From Gammaproteobacteria bacterium (lineage in GTDB: Bacteria > Pseudomonadota > Gammaproteobacteria > JBPCXK01), in NCBI GenBank assembly GCA_051008635.1, contig JBPCXK010000123.1:1-29613 (forward strand): a DNA stretch of 29,613 nucleotides. The letters run 5' to 3'. A model generated the notes under the pieces. It saw only the letters and a program-made list of their open reading frames with translations, searched no databases and was not told the DNA's origin. Position numbers and translations under genes: made by a program. Shown here piece by piece: positions 26,534-29,613 of this stretch (its first letter is position 1; each line of letters opens with the position of its first letter).

Positions 26534-28384
26534 ATGTGTGGCATAGCCGGCTACATCGGGCGAACCAGGCCCGGATTGCTCGACGAGATGATCGACGCAA
26601 TCAGCAATCGGGGGCCAGACGGAAAGGGACGGTTCACGAATGGGCCTGTCCATCTCGGCCATACGCGCCTTGCGATAATTGATCTCGACTCTGGTGCACA
26701 ACCAATGAGTCTCGACGACGAACTCGTCATCTCCTTCAACGGAGAGATTTACAACTTCATCGAGCTGCGCGCTGAAATAGAAAAGGCCGGCTTGTCGTTC
26801 AGCACCAAATCCGACACCGAAGTAATACTCCAGGGCTACAAGGCGTTTGGGGAGCACTTTTTCGAGCGCCTGTTAGGGATGTTTGCGTTTGCATTAGCCG
26901 ACTTCGGGCGAAAACGAATCTGCCTGGTGCGCGATCACTTCGGCATCAAGCCGCTGTTCTACGCGCACACCAAAGACGGATTGATCTTCTCATCCTCGGC
27001 CACCGCAGTAGCATTACATCCGGATGTTGACCGATCGCTGTCGACTGATGCGGTCCGGGATTACTTGCAGTTTCGCTACGTTCCGACGGGCGAGCATTTC
27101 TTCGCAGGCGTGAAGACGTTGCCGCCCGCCACGACGCTGACCTGCAACCTTGATGGCGGGACCTCACTATCCGCGTACTGGCTGCCAAAAACTCGAGCGG
27201 CCTCAGCGAAATCGAGCATCGATGACTGGATTGAGCGAGCTACGGAACTCATCGACGATGCGGTCAGACTTCAACTGCGGGCCGACGTTCCGGTAGCAAT
27301 GTTCCTGTCAGGCGGTGTTGATTCCTCGGCCATTGCCACCTTCGCGGCGCGCCACGCCAAACAACAGATGACGGCGTACACGTACTCGATGCAAGGTACT
27401 CACGACGAGGTCGACGACGCCAAAGTAATTGTGGACAGCTCGCACGCCCGGCACCATGTTGTTCGTCACCGGGGCGAGCACGGCCTGGATGGACTATACA
27501 AAGCGATCGCCTGTATGGATTTGCCGGTAGGGGATGCGATTATCGTCCCAACCTATCGGCTCTGCGAATCAGCCGCCCAACACCACAAGGTCGTGCTTAC
27601 CGGGGAAGGAGCCGATGAGATCTTTGGCGGCTATGTGCACTTCGGCGCGTTGACAAAACTTGCAAGACTGGGCAGCACCCTGCCGTTCTTGAACAAGTTA
27701 GCTGGCGTTATTGACATGATTCCCGTTTGGGTACTGAATCGATTCTTCAGCTATCAGGCATCGTTGGGCCGGCAGGGTCGCACGAAACTGAAACGAATGG
27801 TGCGGGCTCTCGATGAACCGAGCACTGTCCATCGATTGGCTGGCTCTGTCATAGACGATATCGATATCAGTCGGGCCAGCCACCTGGGGCCCCCTTCCCG
27901 GGCCGCCGATGCAGAGATCAGTCTCGATCTCGCCTCCCTCATTCAAGATGCCCTCGTTACCTGGCTCCCCTATCAAATTCTTAACAAAATGGATCAGCTT
28001 TCGATGGCTCACGGCCTGGAAGCACGGGTCCCCTTTCTTGACCCAAGAATCCACGATGCACTGTTGCATGTTCCCGAAGACTTCCTCATTACGAACAGGG
28101 AAAACAAAATCCTGCTACGTCGCGTGGTTGAACAGGCTGGTGGCCCAAACTTCAACAAACCAAAGTTTGCTTTTCATGTTCCTGTGGAAAAGGATTATCG
28201 GGATGTGCTGAGGCGCATATGCGACGAGTGGTTGTCACGCAGTCAATGCCGACAGCACGGTATACTCCAGAGCGGTTTTGTGGAGGAGAACCTGAGGGCC
28301 CTGCAACACGGGGAGTTCCTGGCTTCCAAGCGGCTTGTCACCATGGTCGGGCTTCATATGTGGCTCGAGGCGAACAAGGCATGA
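26534..28384 (+). CDS. asnB: Asparagine synthase (glutamine-hydrolysing)-family amidotransferase, copy 2
   Basis: MCGIAG, RGPDG, HTRLAIID, NGEIYNF, LSGGVDSS, TGEGADEIFGGY and SMAHGLEARVPFLD. Confidence 0.95.
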   Translation: MCGIAGYIGRTRPGLLDEMIDAISNRGPDGKGRFTNGPVHLGHTRLAIIDLDSGAQPMSLDDELVISFNGEIYNFIELRAEIEKAGLSFSTKSDTEVILQGYKAFGEHFFERLLGMFAFALADFGRKRICLVRDHFGIKPLFYAHTKDGLIFSSSATAVALHPDVDRSLSTDAVRDYLQFRYVPTGEHFFAGVKTLPPATTLTCNLDGGTSLSAYWLPKTRAASAKSSIDDWIERATELIDDAVRLQLRADVPVAMFLSGGVDSSAIATFAARHAKQQMTAYTYSMQGTHDEVDDAKVIVDSSHARHHVVRHRGEHGLDGLYKAIACMDLPVGDAIIVPTYRLCESAAQHHKVVLTGEGADEIFGGYVHFGALTKLARLGSTLPFLNKLAGVIDMIPVWVLNRFFSYQASLGRQGRTKLKRMVRALDEPSTVHRLAGSVIDDIDISRASHLGPPSRAADAEISLDLASLIQDALVTWLPYQILNKMDQLSMAHGLEARVPFLDPRIHDALLHVPEDFLITNRENKILLRRVVEQAGGPNFNKPKFAFHVPVEKDYRDVLRRICDEWLSRSQCRQHGILQSGFVEENLRALQHGEFLASKRLVTMVGLHMWLEANKA

Positions 28385-29613
28385 TAAGCGAAGAAGGCCG
28401 ACTTTGGGACTGGGCGCACCCTGTGGACACAAACGCCGCAGCAGAATCCAGCGACGCTGAATTCATTGCTTCACTAGTGATACCGCACGTCGATCGCGCA
28501 TTGGCGCTTATGGACCGAAATCCCTCGGCCAGGACTCACGGATCGATGGATCGCGCGTTCTGGTACTACCGAACCTTGACAAATTTCCAAAGCGCAGTGT
28601 GGCAGCAACCGATGTTGGCGTTCGCTATCCTGCGCGACTATTACCCTGGCCCAACCGAGGATTTCGATCGTTCCGTGATGGAACAGGCGACCGAGTCGGC
28701 TCTTAATGCCTGGACACTTTGTCAGCACCGAAACGGGGCGTTTGATGAATGGTACTTGAACGAATACTCGTACTGTCCAACTGCGATCACTTCTGCAGGT
28801 GCGGCATTGACTCTGACTGTCTCAAGGGGCTGGCTGCACGCAAGCCCCCGTGCTAAGGCGACTCAGGCTCTGTCCACAAGTTGCGCCTGGCTATTGAAGC
28901 GCTACAACTCAAATGTCATGAATCAGAATCTCGCCGCGACAGTGGCTCTGGCAGGTCTTGCGCATGTGTCCGGTCAGCAGGAGTGGCTGGAGGGCGCACG
29001 TACAAAACTTCAGCGCATCGCTGATGATCAAAACAAAGAAGGATGGCTTCCGGAGTACGGTGGTTTCGATTTTGGATACAGCACGCTGACACTCGACTTT
29101 CTCTCAATCATCAGCAGCCTGGGGCTGGCGGAATTAGCAGATGCGATTGCAGACCGGTTGATTCGTTTTTTGAATATGGTGCTCGACCGTGGGTGCGCTA
29201 TTCCGGGGAGGATCGGCAGCCGTGGGACATCCCACGCTTTCCTGGCAGGAGCGATCAGCTATGGACGGCAATCTTCGCAAGCGCGCGCCCTGGAGTCATT
29301 GTTGCTGGATTTGCACAGAAAGCGCCTCGCGGCCAATCCCGGCAGTGTTGATGACAGATACTTCTCATATTTCTATTTTCCCCAGTTCGCACTCGCGCTG
29401 AAGGCGGCTGCCGATAAACGCGCTGACAGCGTTTCTTCCACGCGCGACGCCGCGACTCTTCCAGAATCGACGGCTCATTTGTCGTCGAGCGGTATTGCCC
29501 TTCACAGACTCGATCGAATCACTGTTGTTCAGAACAGACGACTCGGTGACGCGTTTGCTGTGCTAAGGCAAAACGAATCGCCACTCTATCACCTCGGCTA
29601 TACAGCAATGGTC
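28381..29613 (+). CDS. Uncharacterised protein, probable alpha/alpha-toroid enzyme (3' end outside window; missing from the ORF track)
   Basis: ATGA overlap with the asnB stop, 411 codons with no stop by my translation: ...MDRNPSARTHGSMDRAFWYY...QHRNGAFDEWYLNEYS...VMNQNLAA...QNKEGWLPEYGGFDFGYSTL...GSRGT...DDRYFSYFY. Confidence 0.75.
   Translation, partial: MISEEGRLWDWAHPVDTNAAAESSDAEFIASLVIPHVDRALALMDRNPSARTHGSMDRAFWYYRTLTNFQSAVWQQPMLAFAILRDYYPGPTEDFDRSVMEQATESALNAWTLCQHRNGAFDEWYLNEYSYCPTAITSAGAALTLTVSRGWLHASPRAKATQALSTSCAWLLKRYNSNVMNQNLAATVALAGLAHVSGQQEWLEGARTKLQRIADDQNKEGWLPEYGGFDFGYSTLTLDFLSIISSLGLAELADAIADRLIRFLNMVLDRGCAIPGRIGSRGTSHAFLAGAISYGRQSSQARALESLLLDLHRKRLAANPGSVDDRYFSYFYFPQFALALKAAADKRADSVSSTRDAATLPESTAHLSSSGIALHRLDRITVVQNRRLGDAFAVLRQNESPLYHLGYTAMV

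Overview
The whole window is part of a large bacterial (probably proteobacterial) cell-surface polysaccharide locus. It has a Wzx flippase, a Wzy-like polytopic membrane protein, three GT4 glycosyltransferases, two heparinase II/III-family genes, two AsnB-type amidotransferases and five class I SAM methyltransferases. The most notable structure is a five-gene set present twice in diverged form: type-A methyltransferase, type-B methyltransferase, large GT-C-like membrane protein, polyprenyl-phosphate GT2 and AsnB (614-7659 and 18767-28384). Copy 1 also has an ArnE/F-like SMR protein. Copy 2 also has a Gfo/Idh/MocA oxidoreductase, an AKR-like TIM-barrel protein and an unannotated alpha/alpha-toroid-like ORF running off the right end. 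I infer these are lipid-carrier-dependent glycan tailoring modules (amidation, methylation, periplasmic transfer). A recombination scar at 13380-14082 holds an internally deleted IS1634-family remnant, a REP and a synonymously diverged relic of a second wzy-like allele. GTAG/GTAA-type REP palindromes sit in four intergenic gaps. I saw no rRNA, tRNA or CRISPR. All functional calls come from motif recognition by eye, with no database search.
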